Positions 37,650-50,025 of a DNA stretch of 64,000 bases are shown one piece after another. The stretch's first letter is position 1, and each line of letters opens with the position of its first letter. Origin of the DNA: Dimorphilus gyrociliatus (taxonomy: Eukaryota > Animalia > Annelida). The position numbers were made by a program, and so were the translations under genes. Under the pieces are notes generated by a model that had not been told where the DNA came from, ran no database searches, and saw only the letters and a program-made list of their open reading frames with translations. The stretch lies in NCBI GenBank assembly GCA_904063045.1, contig CAJFCJ010000008.1, forward strand, positions 434,001 through 498,000. Reading direction: 5' to 3'.

Positions 37650-39603
37650 ATGACGGATAAAGTAGAAAATGCAGGTGATACTCCGGTAAAAAAGAAATTG
37701 ACTTAATTTAACACACTTTCGTATATTCTTTAAATATACTTTGTATACATTTACTATGTTTCTTTCAGAAAAAAATTGTGTTCTTCTCAATAATTCTATT
37801 TTTAATAATTATACATGGAATTACTATTTGCGTAAGGCAGGATAAGGCAATAGAAGAAATAGATCAAGATTATGAACCAAATGCATTTAGAGCTACTTTT
37901 ATACCATATTATTTTATTGGTAAATAGAAATATAGCCATAGTAAAGTTAAATTTTATTCTTTTTTTTTCTAATTTTTCCTTTCGTTATTAAATAGGATTT
38001 TACATCCTTGCTGTTCTCATATACGGAGGAGTTAAGGGTATTATACCTCCTGTCGGAATAGCTGGTTATAAAAAATTAAATAAATTAATGATCTGGATTG
38101 TGTAAGTTTTCGTAATTACTAATTCTGAATATATTTATATATTTTGTTTCTTTTAGACTAGGTACCACTATATTGTACTTGATTCAAGTTATAGTTCATC
38201 TATCAGTTGATGTTACAAGTTTAATCAAATCTAGAACAGAAAATTCGATATGCTATTGTCAAAGTGTTCTTGAATCCTTAAGATTGACTGGAAATGCTCC
38301 TAATCAGTGTGGTTATAATTGTAGGTAAGACTAGCGATTCCCCCTTTTGAGGTTGTCTTTCTAAAAGAAAACTTTATGAAATATGTACGGAATGTATACA
38401 AATAGTGTAAAGTATTCATAATCTCATTTCCATTCTGCTAGTTGTAGGTAGTTTTAAGCTGTGGTAGTTTATTGACCTCTGAGTAAATCTACGTTCAAGT
38501 CTGAACAAAACAAATATCCCTAATTGATAGATTTTTGTTCATTCAGGATTAAATTAGAGAAGTATTGATTAGTTTAGTTTCTTACTTTTATCTTTCTTTC
38601 TCTTACTATTGATTAAGAATTAGGTGTAGTCATTGAAAATTAATATTCTATAATTCTGTATGATAGCTTAAACTAGGACAATGATTAAATAAGCCGTTTC
38701 TTATCATTTAATTAATTAAAATTAGAGAGGAAAATCAGAAGAAATGAAAGTTTCAATTATTTAATTACTATTTCTATTTTTATTTCTGCTAATTATCTTT
38801 GTAGATGTTTTGTACCGAAAGAAGACGATCGATTATATGATGTTCTTGTTAGAGCTCCTACATCTTCAGAAATAACTAAAGAGATTAAAAAACAAGGCCT
38901 GGAGGTTTTTGACGGAAATTTTGTTGTGAAAAGCGGAACTTACGATGATAATAATAATTTAGAAAAGCTATCTTCCGACTTTCCGAATACAAGAATTGTA
39001 ATGGTACTCATTCAATCATCTGCTTTTATAACCGTTCTAGTATCTCCAATATTTGCGTCTGCTGTAGTCAAAAAATGGAATAAAGACTACTTTCAAGCAG
39101 CGATATCTATATCGTTTTATAGTTTTCTGGAGTTGATTGATGCATTCGAACTGGTTGATGAAGTGATAGACAATATCGACTTTTACATTGATAAAAAATC
39201 ATTAGTAAATGCTATATTAGCTTTTGTTTCGATTGCTATTTTCACCCTACCTCTTTCATCATTTGTGTTGGCTGGAACAGATAAAAATTGGAAAGGTAGG
39301 AATTTTTCAGAGATATTAAAAAATTACAAAATATTCACAATGTGTTTATTAAACATACCATTTATATGTATAAGAATAAGAATTGTTTCACTCTACGGGG
39401 CATTGGATAGTGATAATAGCAGTCTCGTTTCATTTATACTTATCTTTAAAGAAATGGCTATGATTGTTATAGCTGTTATTGAAATATACGTTGATTGGAA
39501 ATATGAAAGTGAAGAAAAATCAACCAATAAACCTCCTCCTGTTAATCGCGTTGCGCCAGCAACGAAAGCTAGTTCTGTCTCTCTAACGGAACCACATTCA
39601 TAA
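37650..39603 (+). CDS. Multi-pass membrane protein, distantly TMEM121/CECR6/TMEM26-like
   Basis: ATG at 37650, with GT-AG exons leading to ORF 38926-39603. Hydrophobic helices with LELIDAFEL, LNIPFICIRI and ILIFKE echo the D..D / PFL.IR / F..K pattern of that family. Family assignment is tentative. Confidence 0.55.
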
Positions 39604-40371
39604 GAAACGAACAAATTATTGAAGAGGATTTGATTACTAACTCTTTTTTTACACTGCAGATAGAGCTACCAATCATACACAAACTACAGTTTGTTTTAAT
39701 ATATTGCCTATATGAATTATAGTGAATCTATTGAAATTTTCAAAGCTTCTAGGTTAAAAGGTGATGTGTACTTGTTTACTTAAAAGGTATTCGTGACCCA
39801 GTAGGAGTTTACTTAATTGACTATTAACTAAGAATTCCCTTTTCTCGTATAGGCTTTATTGATGAGAACAGAATATCTTTTTTTGTTAAATTTATTATTT
39901 TAAGCAACATTTTCTATTCAGTGAAAAAGAGATCTATTAATTTGTAGTCTATTATTAAATTGTCTAAATCCAAGGTCAAGATTTCTTCGTCTTAATTCGG
40001 AGCTTTGAAGTATAAATACTTTTTTTTGGAATTGTAATTATAAAACTTCGCCCTCTTTCTTTTCTTGGACTACAAAGACTTCTTTTTTGAATACTAATTT
40101 CATTGTGATTGATTATCAATATTCAATCTACTGTATAATTTCTATATAATATATATAGTCTATGTTCATTAACGAGTCTCTCCGGTTGACACTATATTGT
40201 GCTCTTCTTTTTAAGTATGCAGGGTGTTTCGATTAATAACGTATTTTAGAAGCGGCTGAAATAAGAATTTAAGCTTCTAAATAACAATTAAAAATATAAT
40301 ACTGAAAGGGAAAAAAGGCCAAATAGATCGTCTACGTGTTAAAATCTCTATTTTGACTTTTTGCTAGTATC

Positions 40372-41124
40372 CTATTCAAGCAATTCTGGAAGCTTCCAAC
40401 AACCTTTATGCCAATATTTATCATTATAAGATACAAATATCTTTCCAGGTGACAAAATTTTTTGACATTCCTCACATTTTATACCGAAGAGATTTTCAAA
40501 GCATTGAGGGCAGTAGAGTTTCTCTCCTCTAGTTGAAAAGCGTTTGACGTCTAGTTGCATACTACAGTTTGAACATTGAAAGCATTCGTGATGATAGCTC
40601 TTTCCAGACTCTTCCAATCCTTTTGTACTGATTGGTTTCTGACAATTAACGCATTTTGGTGCGAGGTTTGCCTCGTAACACTCGATGCATATAATCCTTT
40701 CTTCGACTGGAACGAAAGCATTAGCCCTTATGGGAACTTGACATTTCGAGCATAAGAAACAACGTTCGTGAAGTTGTCTTCCTTTTACAATATACTTAAG
40801 ATTACCGCCACGAAATGCATTCTTGCACTCATCACATTTCGATGCAAATTTTTCATCATAGCACCGTTCACAATAAACACTACTGTCCTTCTCGGCAAAA
40901 GGTATTTGGGTTAAAGAGGCACGGCAATCTGCACATTCAAAACAAGCCTCATGCCAGTGACGATTGTTGTATGATAAATCTTTGTTACCAATTTCAATCT
41001 TTTTCTGGCATTTTTCACAAATGTTAGCCAATTTTTCATTAAAACAGCTAGTACATATCTTTTTATTATTTTTTAATATATACTGGCCTCCATTAAATGA
41101 TTTACTGCAAGCGTTGCATTCCAT
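40372..41124 (-). CDS. FHL/Limpet-type LIM domain protein (half LIM + 3 LIM + truncated LIM), single coding exon
   Basis: Starts with a half LIM (CNAC...CTSC) like FHL2. Then three complete C-x2-C..H-x2-C-x2-C-x2-C..C-x2-C domains, and a final partial CEEC...WHKGC before the stop. Confidence 0.85.
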   Translation of the reverse strand: MECNACSKSFNGGQYILKNNKKICTSCFNEKLANICEKCQKKIEIGNKDLSYNNRHWHEACFECADCRASLTQIPFAEKDSSVYCERCYDEKFASKCDECKNAFRGGNLKYIVKGRQLHERCFLCSKCQVPIRANAFVPVEERIICIECYEANLAPKCVNCQKPISTKGLEESGKSYHHECFQCSNCSMQLDVKRFSTRGEKLYCPQCFENLFGIKCEECQKILSPGKIFVSYNDKYWHKGCWKLPELLE

Positions 41125-41932
41125 TTAGTAAGAAAAACGACAGGCTTCGGCACAAAGTACAACGATAAATATGACTGATTTAGAATATACAGTATATATA
41201 TATATATAGCATAATGCCGCTATATAGGCTGATATCGTCAAGCAACCGCAGTGCGATCAATAAACTCGACTGGACCAGTATCGAACCTGACACCGAACCT
41301 CTTTTTTTTGCTATCTTTTTTGGGCTAGTTATTTTGTAAAGCATTCAATTGTTGTTGTATTTAACAATGCAAAGTGTAGATAATAATTATAATTGTTTAA
41401 CAATAGGCTAACCACATGTACCATGACTAAGCCAATCATGTTGTTCTGAATACTAAAAGAAATAACGTTTAAGGAAGTTCTTCAAACTTCTAAAACTATT
41501 TAAAAAATGAGGGAGACATCTAGATTTTTAGTTGAGTAGGAATATTTTTTTATATAAATTTCACTATATTTGTACTATTAATAGATCAAAATGTACTTGG
41601 TACTTTTAAGCCCAATTGCATAGTGCATCTGGCGTAATATAATCAATTTATAATTTCCGTATAGTTTATACATCTGGCAACAACATTGTTTTTTATTGTA
41701 AAAAGTTGAACAAACAGCTCTTAAATGAAAAGTAAGGTTGAGTTTTTAGTTGTATTTTTATTAGCAATATTTTTGTAGTCTTTCCAGTTATAATCTATGT
41801 TAAATATATTAACAGACAAGTACTAAACAGGGGTTTTTTATTCTAGTGACGAACCTATGAAAAATTCTTACATCACAGGTATTTTCACACAACAAGAAAT
41901 TTCCTTCCTTTTGTATATGGCATCTAAAGTAT

Positions 41933-44638
41933 TTATTTTACGAGTTCCATGTCCTTTACTCTTTTCTCAAGAGCATTTAATTCGCCTAAAACAGCATCAG
42001 GTAAATCATCACCGACTTGGGAAGTAAGATACTCCCTTAATTCTACAATTTCTTTTTCCCAGAATTCTTTTGGAAGGTGGAATAGCTCCTTCATGTCAAC
42101 GTTTTTCAAGCCGTCAATGTTCAAGCTTCCTTCTGCAGGTAAATAACCAATAGCTGACTCCTTAGCGATGGACTCTCCCTCACATCTTCGGACAATCCAG
42201 TCCAAAACTCTACTGTTTTCTCCAAATCCAGGCCAAATGAATTTTCCTGCATTATTTTTTCTAAACCAATTAACATGGAAAATTTTGGGTAGTTTCAAGT
42301 TGCCTTTTGACCCAAAACTTAACCAATGGTCTAAATAGTGACCAAAATTATAACCAAAGAATGGACGCATTGCAAATGGATCATTCATGATTTGCTTAGC
42401 GGTATGTTCTGCAGCTGCAGTGGCTTCTGATCTCATAGTAGCTCCTATGAATACACCGTGTTGCCAGTTAAATGCTTCATAAACAAGAGGAACTCCAGCA
42501 GGACGTCTGCCTCCAAAAAGAATAGCATCTATTGGTACACCTTCTGGAGATTCCCACAATGGATCAATCATGGGACACTGAGATGCTGGGGTGCAAAATC
42601 TAGAATTTGGATGAGCGGCTGGTTCCTTACCAGGAGTCCAATTTTCTTGACCCTTCCAAGATGTAATTTGTAGTTTACTAATATCTATGTCATCCTCAAG
42701 TCCTTCCCAATAAAATCCTCCGTCAGATGTTTCAGCAACATTGGTAAAGATAGTATTGGATTGGATAGTTTCCATAGCATTAGGGTTTGTCTTTTTCGAC
42801 GTTCCTGGTGCAACTCCAAAGAAACCGGCTTCTGGATTGATAGCTCTAAGACGACCTTCAGAATCGAATCTCATCCAAGCAATATCATCTCCAACACATT
42901 CAATTTTGTATCCTGGCAGGGAAGGTACCATCATAGCCAGGTTGGTTTTTCCGCAGGCAGATGGGAAAGCAGCAGCAATATATCTCTTCTCTCCCTGTGG
43001 ATTTGTGATACCAAGGATCAACATGTGTTCAGCCAACCAGCCTTCGTTCTTTGCTATAATTGAACCCAATCTCAAGGAAAAGCATTTCTTTCCTAGAAGA
43101 GAGTTTCCACCATAACCGCTCCCGAAAGATGCAATTTTATTTTCAGCTGGTATATGAGATATTATTGTTTTGGTTGGACTGCAAGGCCAGTTATTTTTGG
43201 AGGGTTTTTCCATTGGAAGGGGTTGACCAATGGAGTGAAGACATTTGATGAAATCTTCATTACCTAATGTGTCTAATACATTTTGTCCCATTCTTGTCAT
43301 AATCCTCATACTTGCAACAACGTATGCAGAATCTGTTACTTGAACGCCAATTTTAGAAAGAGGCGATCCTACTGGGCCCATGCTAAATGGTATAACATAC
43401 ATAGTACGCCCTAAAAAAAATAAAAATAATGCAATTAATTTCCATTTGTAAAGCAATTCTAGATTTTCTATACATAGGTATAAGTAAAATAACGTGCAGG
43501 TATAAAATTATAGATCGGGACAGGATTTTTTTTTACTTTGCCCTTCACAAGGTCATACGCCTTGCATATTTCCATTCTAACGTTGACTATTGTTTTATAT
43601 ATGGTAATTTTTTTTAACAATTGATTATCAGTTTTGAGATAGCTTTTTGAATATAAAAATTCAAGTTATATCTATGAGAAAAACGCATATTATTGGTGAA
43701 TTTACAGCTGCTTTATGCACTTGAAAATACCGGGATCTTCTTTAGAAAACTAAGGTCAATCACTTGAAGGTCGTTAGTCTCATGGAAAATTACTAGTTCA
43801 CTGGAATGTTACTTTTCGTCTATATCTCAGCCATTATAAAATAAATAATGTAGTCAACTTTCTAAATATCTTATGATTGTAATTCTACATCAGTTCATTA
43901 AGTATAACAGACTGCTCTCAACTCAACAGTTGAAAATTTAATGTTACTATCAAAATAGAAAATATTCCTTAAAATTACTATACCTTTCATACATCCTGGA
44001 AATCTTTGGTTTAATTCATTATCCAAATCTGCTGGAGCAATCCATTTACCTAACTTTCCTTCTACTCCTGGTTTAGTTATTGGGACTGTATCCTGTTTGT
44101 TTGGTGTTGCAATGACAGTTTTACTTTCAACTCTGGCAACATCAGCTGGATCAGTCAATGTTAGCCAACTATATTTTGAAGATACAAAATAAATTTTAAT
44201 ATTTATTATCTACTTTAGAGGAATAATCCTCTCAAAAACAAAATTATTACCAATTTTTGTATTTCGGGAGTGGCTTGATTTGACCATTGGATTGAAGAAG
44301 ATTCAGTAAATTTTTATTCTCTTTTTCAGATCCATCACAAATATGAATATTTTCTGGGGAACATAGTTTCGCATTCTCTTCAACCCATTGACGAACTTTG
44401 GGTGCAAGGGCATTTATATTGCCGTGTATAGTTGACAAATTCCTTGTAATTCGAAGAGTTGAGCCCAAACTCTTTATAGAGTTGGATCCTCTAGAAAGCA
44501 ATTAATTTATAGAAAAACCGATAAGGCATATCTATTGCGTGATAGACAGCGTGGCATGTATGACCTACGAATTAACGTGATCCTTTTTGTTCTTAATGAA
44601 GAAGAAAACATAACTTACAGCAAAAACAGTCTTGACAT
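41933..44638 (-). CDS. PCK2: Phosphoenolpyruvate carboxykinase (GTP), with mitochondrial presequence
   Basis: Exons MSRLFLL (44638-44619), [18 protein letters not shown]..., [15 protein letters not shown], and a large last exon. Motifs [42 protein letters not shown] and [12 protein letters not shown]. Confidence 0.95.
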
Positions 44639-44801
44639 ATTCAAATAGGAGCTTTTCAAGCCAACTTATACCCAATCTGACACCAACACAAAATAACGTG
44701 ATACACTGGAGTAAATGACCTTCTCTATGATAAGCCAATAACCGGTAGAGACTGTTTTGTTATGTCACGTGATAGAGCGGGTTGAGCGATATTCAGTGAA
44801 A
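44639..44801. promoter_or_regulatory. Bidirectional promoter region PCK2/IMMT
   Basis: The predicted start codons are only about 160 bp apart, head to head. Contains CCAAT (about 44736) and GTCACGTGAT (44764-44773). Confidence 0.6.
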
Positions 44802-47800
44802 ATGTTGCGTGCTGGGAAAAAATTACCTAATATTCGCGTTAGTAGATACTACCTTTAATAATTATAATGCGATTAACTTTGATAACCAATAGTTTATTTC
44901 GGAAAAACTATACAAACATTCTAATAATAGTTTGATAGTATAACATACCTAAATATCTATTAAACATTGTGACCTTGCAGATATTACTAAAAAATTCAAC
45001 AAAATCGCCTTATTGCACGCCGGCAGAGCCGACACCTAAAAAGTAAGTTTAGTTTTATTTTATTCTGAAAAAGGAAAAATACGAAACACAAGAAGAATAC
45101 ATAGATGATTAAAAAACGGTTCCGAACAAGATAAACTTTCAACTATTACCTTCTTTTTTCTCTACGTAACCGTCCAGCAAACCTGAAAAGTCGATAGTCG
45201 ATTCACCCTTCGCTGTTGTATTTTCATTGAAACTTGATGTAGAATCCTCTTGTACTCCATAACTGTGGAGACTACCTTGCGATAGCTCACAGTAGCCAGA
45301 GTCAGGGCTAGGAACTTCATACGAATGACTACGCTGTGATTTTATACTCCTATTCTTTCCCAAAGTATTATGCATTCTATTTCTTTTGTTGCAAAACCAA
45401 GATTTAACTTGTTTAGCCGTTATTCCCCCTTCCATTGCGAATCTTTGTTTTTCTTCTGCCGTTGGATAAGGGTAATGAGCGTTCTGATCGTACCAGGCTT
45501 GCATAAGAGTTAAAGCTTTGGTGGGAAGTGTACTCCGTGAATAAGGTTTTTTTCTTTCATGTTTAAGTTTGTTTACTCCAACTGAAACTTTACTACTTGT
45601 TGACTCACTGGGGTGCTCAATAATAGGTCTTGTATCAGCAGCCGGTGGTGCCTTAATATATTTAGATATGACTGTTTGTAGTCTTCCTGACGTATGTCTT
45701 ATACACATCAATTGGGCATCTGTAATTGATTGAGAGGGAGTATATTTACATATGACGCTAAATTCATTATGAAATTCCGCCTCCAATTTTAAAACGTCAT
45801 TGTCATACAAGTAAGCGTAATTTCTAAACGTTTGAAGTAAAACGTTCTGCTCTTGCCTGACTGCAGGATGTAACTGAAACTATATGTTTAAAATATACGT
45901 ATTTATATATCTATAAATATTATTTTAGAACTTTTTTTTGTTTAAAAAACTCACCTGATTAAAACCGAAAACTTGAGTTAAGCCTGTATAATGAGTGTTC
46001 TCGACCATTTCTTAACGAGTAGTGAAGGTTAACGAGACAGTTAAGCTTCAGAGTAGTGTTTATATTAGAGAATTTACTTTCCAATAAATATCAATTTTAT
46101 AATATAATAGATTTAACTTTCGTTTCTCAACTTTTTAAAGGGGTAAGCTTGGAGTTACGCTGAAATTACTCGGTCTCACAGCGCTTGGCAGTAGTGGTGT
46201 TGTGGCTTACTCTTGGTACGATAATGATTTCAAGAAAAAAATAACCGACAACATCCCCTATTCGGACTTGGCACTTGATTACCTTCTGCAAAATGTTCCT
46301 CCAGTAGATGAAGTTAAAGCTAAATTGTAATTAAGCAATTTCAAAAGGTTTCAGATCATTTTTTTGTAATAGTATTGAAAATATAAAAAAACTACGCTCT
46401 TACTTTTTCTATTATAGTTTGAAAGCACTTTTTCTTTTTTTATTACTTTAAAAGTCCTTTTGTACTTTAAATAGAAAAAAAAATGGTCTGAAGCTACTTT
46501 TTTTTTATGTGGGTAACTTATTCTTTATGCTTAAAAGGCCTAGTCTACCATCAATTCCTGAGATGCCAAAGTTACCTTGGCAAAATTCTAAAAACAAAGA
46601 AGATCTTCCACCGGAGAAGGGTCTTGCAAAAGTTATAAGACCGGATATGAGTCAAATTAAGGAGGAAACTCCAAAACTCTCTAATAAAATTGAATCGTCG
46701 AAAACTTCGGCGAAAACAAGTGAAGTGCCTCCTAGTTCGAGCATTAAGATTAAAGATGAACCTAAGAAAGTAGAAAAGCGTATAGAAAAAAAGATAGAGC
46801 CAAAACAGGAACAAACACCTGCTGAGGTTAATAATAAAGTGGAAATTGTGAACCAAACAAAAGATACGGAATTAGATGAAGCTGTTGAAAATGCTGGTAA
46901 TACCTTACATGACTGCTCCATTCTATATTTATTGTTTACTCTTTCCATTTTCCAGCGTTAACCTCTGTTATAAAACTTTCGTTGAGCGATGCTCGTAAAA
47001 CTCTGGAAGAGACTGTTCTTGTACATAAGAAAGCAGTTGCTGCAATTAAAGACCATAATACTAAATTAAGAAAGGCCATGGAACTAGGTAAATAATTTGT
47101 CTTCATCTTTCTTTTCATTAGAAAGAAATAGCTTATCAACATTAAAACATCTCTTTTATTAATAGATTCTAGCAACATATTGGAAAAAGACAGCGAGTGG
47201 AAAAGTGTGACTGAGGCATACAATATAAAAAAAAAACGCGTTGAGGAAGCTGAGGCTCTGTTGTCAGAAACAAAGTAGAAAAGCACTCTGTTTTTTAACT
47301 CTTAATGATGCTAACAGTGATGTTTTACAGGGCTGTCATCGAAAAAATTGAATTACAGATTGATGATGGAAAGAGTAGTAAATTGACAAAGAAAAATAAA
47401 GTTTTATCGGAAGCTGTTGGCGAAGTTTCGAAGTTTAAATACGAATTAGGCTCCATCAGAGAGGAATTAAAGAAAACTGTTACTGATGATAATATCTTAA
47501 AAGAATATCACGACTTAGTTACTGCTAGTAAAAAACAATTTAGAGATGAAGTTGAAGCTGTTACACCTGGTCTTAGGTAAACTTTGTAATAATTAAAGAA
47601 AATCTAAATAAATTACATTAATTTTTTTCTATTTATAGAATCAGTAGGAAATTATGGGAAAAAATGTCTATGGATGAGATGCATTTGCTACTTGCTCATT
47701 CTTACAGAAGAGTAGAGCAATTACAAGAACAATTAGCCCAACAACAAGTTACTGAAGTATTAAGAATAGAAGTAAATTTCGACATTAATATATATGACTA

Positions 47801-49592
47801 GTCGGTAAATGTAATATGTCATAAATATCTTTCAGGAAGCCCTAGATAAGCAGAAAATATCGAACAATGACATTACCAAAAAATCTGTTGAGAGAGAAAG
47901 AGAGCTTTTGTTGAAAGAAAAAGAGAGAGAAAAAGAAAATTGGGTAAGTTGTCAAAAAAATACACTCTTCTTATACTGTATAACATGTTTATGCATTAAC
48001 TAAATGTATTATTGTAAACTTTATTAGGTAATCGATGCCAGAGTTCAATTTGAAAATGAACTACGTGAGCAGTTAAATAGACAAGCATCTATCCATGGCG
48101 ATCATATGGCTGAAATTTTAAAATTACAGGTAATTTTTGCATTTATATAAAAAATTATGAGACAGTGTTAGAGATAGAAACTTTGTTGCCGGTTCGAAAT
48201 ATCTATAATAGGCTTAAAGCCATACAACCATGAAAACCGTGGTTAGTGGTTTTACGATTGAAAAGGAAAATGGATACTATATCAAGACGACTTGGCACTT
48301 TAAAACTCTGCGAATCCAAGTTTTTCAAAGATCATAAAATCAAAATATGTAATAAGGGGTTTTTTTTAGTTCAAACTCCGCTCATTTTACGATGTCATTC
48401 ATGTGGTATTGAATTGAGAAATCCGGCAGAAATTAAAAGTTTTTCGGAACTAATACATCTAGATGAATGCAAATATTCCAATGATAGCAAACCGAAGCAT
48501 ATTCCAATCCCAGAGCTAGAAGAATGCAGTACTGATAATTCAAATGATTCAATAGATATGACATTATACGGTAATCGTTTGAAAACCTATTCTAACTGGC
48601 CTATACACGATATTATAGAGCCAGTTGAACTTGCCAAATGTGGTTTTTTCTATCTTGGAGAAGCAGATAAAGTACAGTGTTATATGTGTAAAGGAATAAT
48701 TCATCAATGGAATTTAGGTGATACAGCAACTGAAGAGCACAAAAAGCATTTCCCAAATTGTCCAGTGGCAAAGTTATTTAGCTAAAATATATTTCGAATC
48801 CTCAAATATATGATCTTTTCTCTTGTGTAATTTAACTACGAAAATAATTCCAGTTTGACTTAATCAACTATTTTGTAGAAAAAAGAATTAGAATCAGAAT
48901 ATACCGAGGTACTGAAGGAGCGTTTGCAAAAAGCTAGAGATGACTTTGATCTTACAGTTGCAGCATCGATTGGTCGCCTTCGTGGAATTGAAGAGGCAGT
49001 AGAGTCTCGTTCTAATGTTGAGGAAGCTGCCAGACAAGCTCAAAAGCTGTGGATAGCTTGTCAAAGTTTGGTAACAGCAGTTGATCAACCTGATGCAGAA
49101 TCAAGATCATTAAAACCCGATGTGGAAGCTATTCGATCAGCTTCTCAAAGTCATCCCTTCGTTCAGCGTGTTTTAGCTTCGCTAACAGGGGAACCGGTTA
49201 GAAATGAAAATGAAATTAGAAGTAGATTTAATAAAGTTAAGAAAATATGTAAACGAGTTGCAATGCTTGATGAAACTGGTGGTACACTATGGGAATATTT
49301 CGTGAGCTTCGTTCAGTCCCTGTTTGTCATATCAGCATCTAAACCAATGGATTTGGACCAGCCCATTGATATTTCCGTAATTTCAACCTTTGTTATATTA
49401 GATAACGCTAAACATTACATGGAAATAGGAGACATGGAAACAGCACTCAAGTTTATGAATCAGTTGAGAGGCGAAGCAAGAAATGTTGCTTCAGATTGGA
49501 TAAAAGATACAAGAAAGTTGTTGGAAGCAAGACAAGCTGCCAGAGTGCTCCTCGCTTTCGCTTCAGCAGAGGGAGTCGCTGCAAAAGTTTAA
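44802..49592 (+). CDS. IMMT: MICOS subunit MIC60 / mitofilin
   Basis: Exon 1 MLRAGKKLPNIR, exon 2 ILLKNSTKSPYC..., then TM exon GLTALGSSGVVAYSWYDNDFKKKITDNIPYSD (from 46141), and coiled-coil exons. Last exon 48879-49592 carries the mitofilin domain (KLWIACQSL, YFVSFVQSLF, MNQLRGEARNVASDW). Confidence 0.9.
45139..46008 (-). CDS. Divergent TALE-class homeobox protein (SPILE-like), nested antisense in IMMT intron 2
   Basis: Exon 46008-45955 (MVENTHYTGLTQVFGFNQ|gtgagt) joins exon 45879-45139 in frame. Homeodomain LPTKALTLMQAWYDQNAHYPYPTAEEKQRFAMEGGITAKQVKSWFCNKRNR has the TALE three-residue loop (AHYPYP). Confidence 0.85.
48270..48785 (+). CDS. Small BIR-domain (IAP family) protein with one degenerate and one canonical BIR, no RING; nested sense in an IMMT intron
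   Basis: RLKTYSNWP...LAKCGFFYLGEADKVQCYMCKGIIHQW...EEHKKHFPNCP is a canonical BIR. RLGTL...KGFF...LRCHSC...H...C is a degenerate BIR. Lies within IMMT intron 48130-48878. Confidence 0.85.
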   Translation: MDTISRRLGTLKLCESKFFKDHKIKICNKGFFLVQTPLILRCHSCGIELRNPAEIKSFSELIHLDECKYSNDSKPKHIPIPELEECSTDNSNDSIDMTLYGNRLKTYSNWPIHDIIEPVELAKCGFFYLGEADKVQCYMCKGIIHQWNLGDTATEEHKKHFPNCPVAKLFS

Positions 49593-50025
49593 TGTATATC
49601 TGGTTAAATCAATTCATTAATAAAATTTTAATTTTAGAGACAATTCTCTAAAGTTAGATTCACAGAAAATTTCAGTTAAATATCGCTTACATCATGTATA
49701 AACATAAATATATTTAATTGATTGATTAGTTATAAGACAATTATATAAAAATAAATATTTAGAAGTCAATTGTACAATTTTCGGATAAGAGAACAAAATA
49801 TTGGCTTTTAAACTTGAGTATGCCCTGTTTAAACACCACAAACTTAGATATCAGTTAACTTTTTATACAGCTCTATATTTTCCACTTTTAAAACTTTAGG
49901 TTAAAATATTTTGACCTTTAAAAGGTCATAATATAGTATTTATGTAATAAATTGTATTGGAAATTTTACTTGAAATGTAATTCAAAGACAACAATAAACA
50001 AGTTCTGGGAAATTTAGAAATTGAT

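Noticed and set aside
48178-48785. BIR ORF as an alternative terminal exon of MIC60
   Set aside because: An in-frame stop at 48231, and the nearby AGs are out of phase with the phase-0 donor at 48130.
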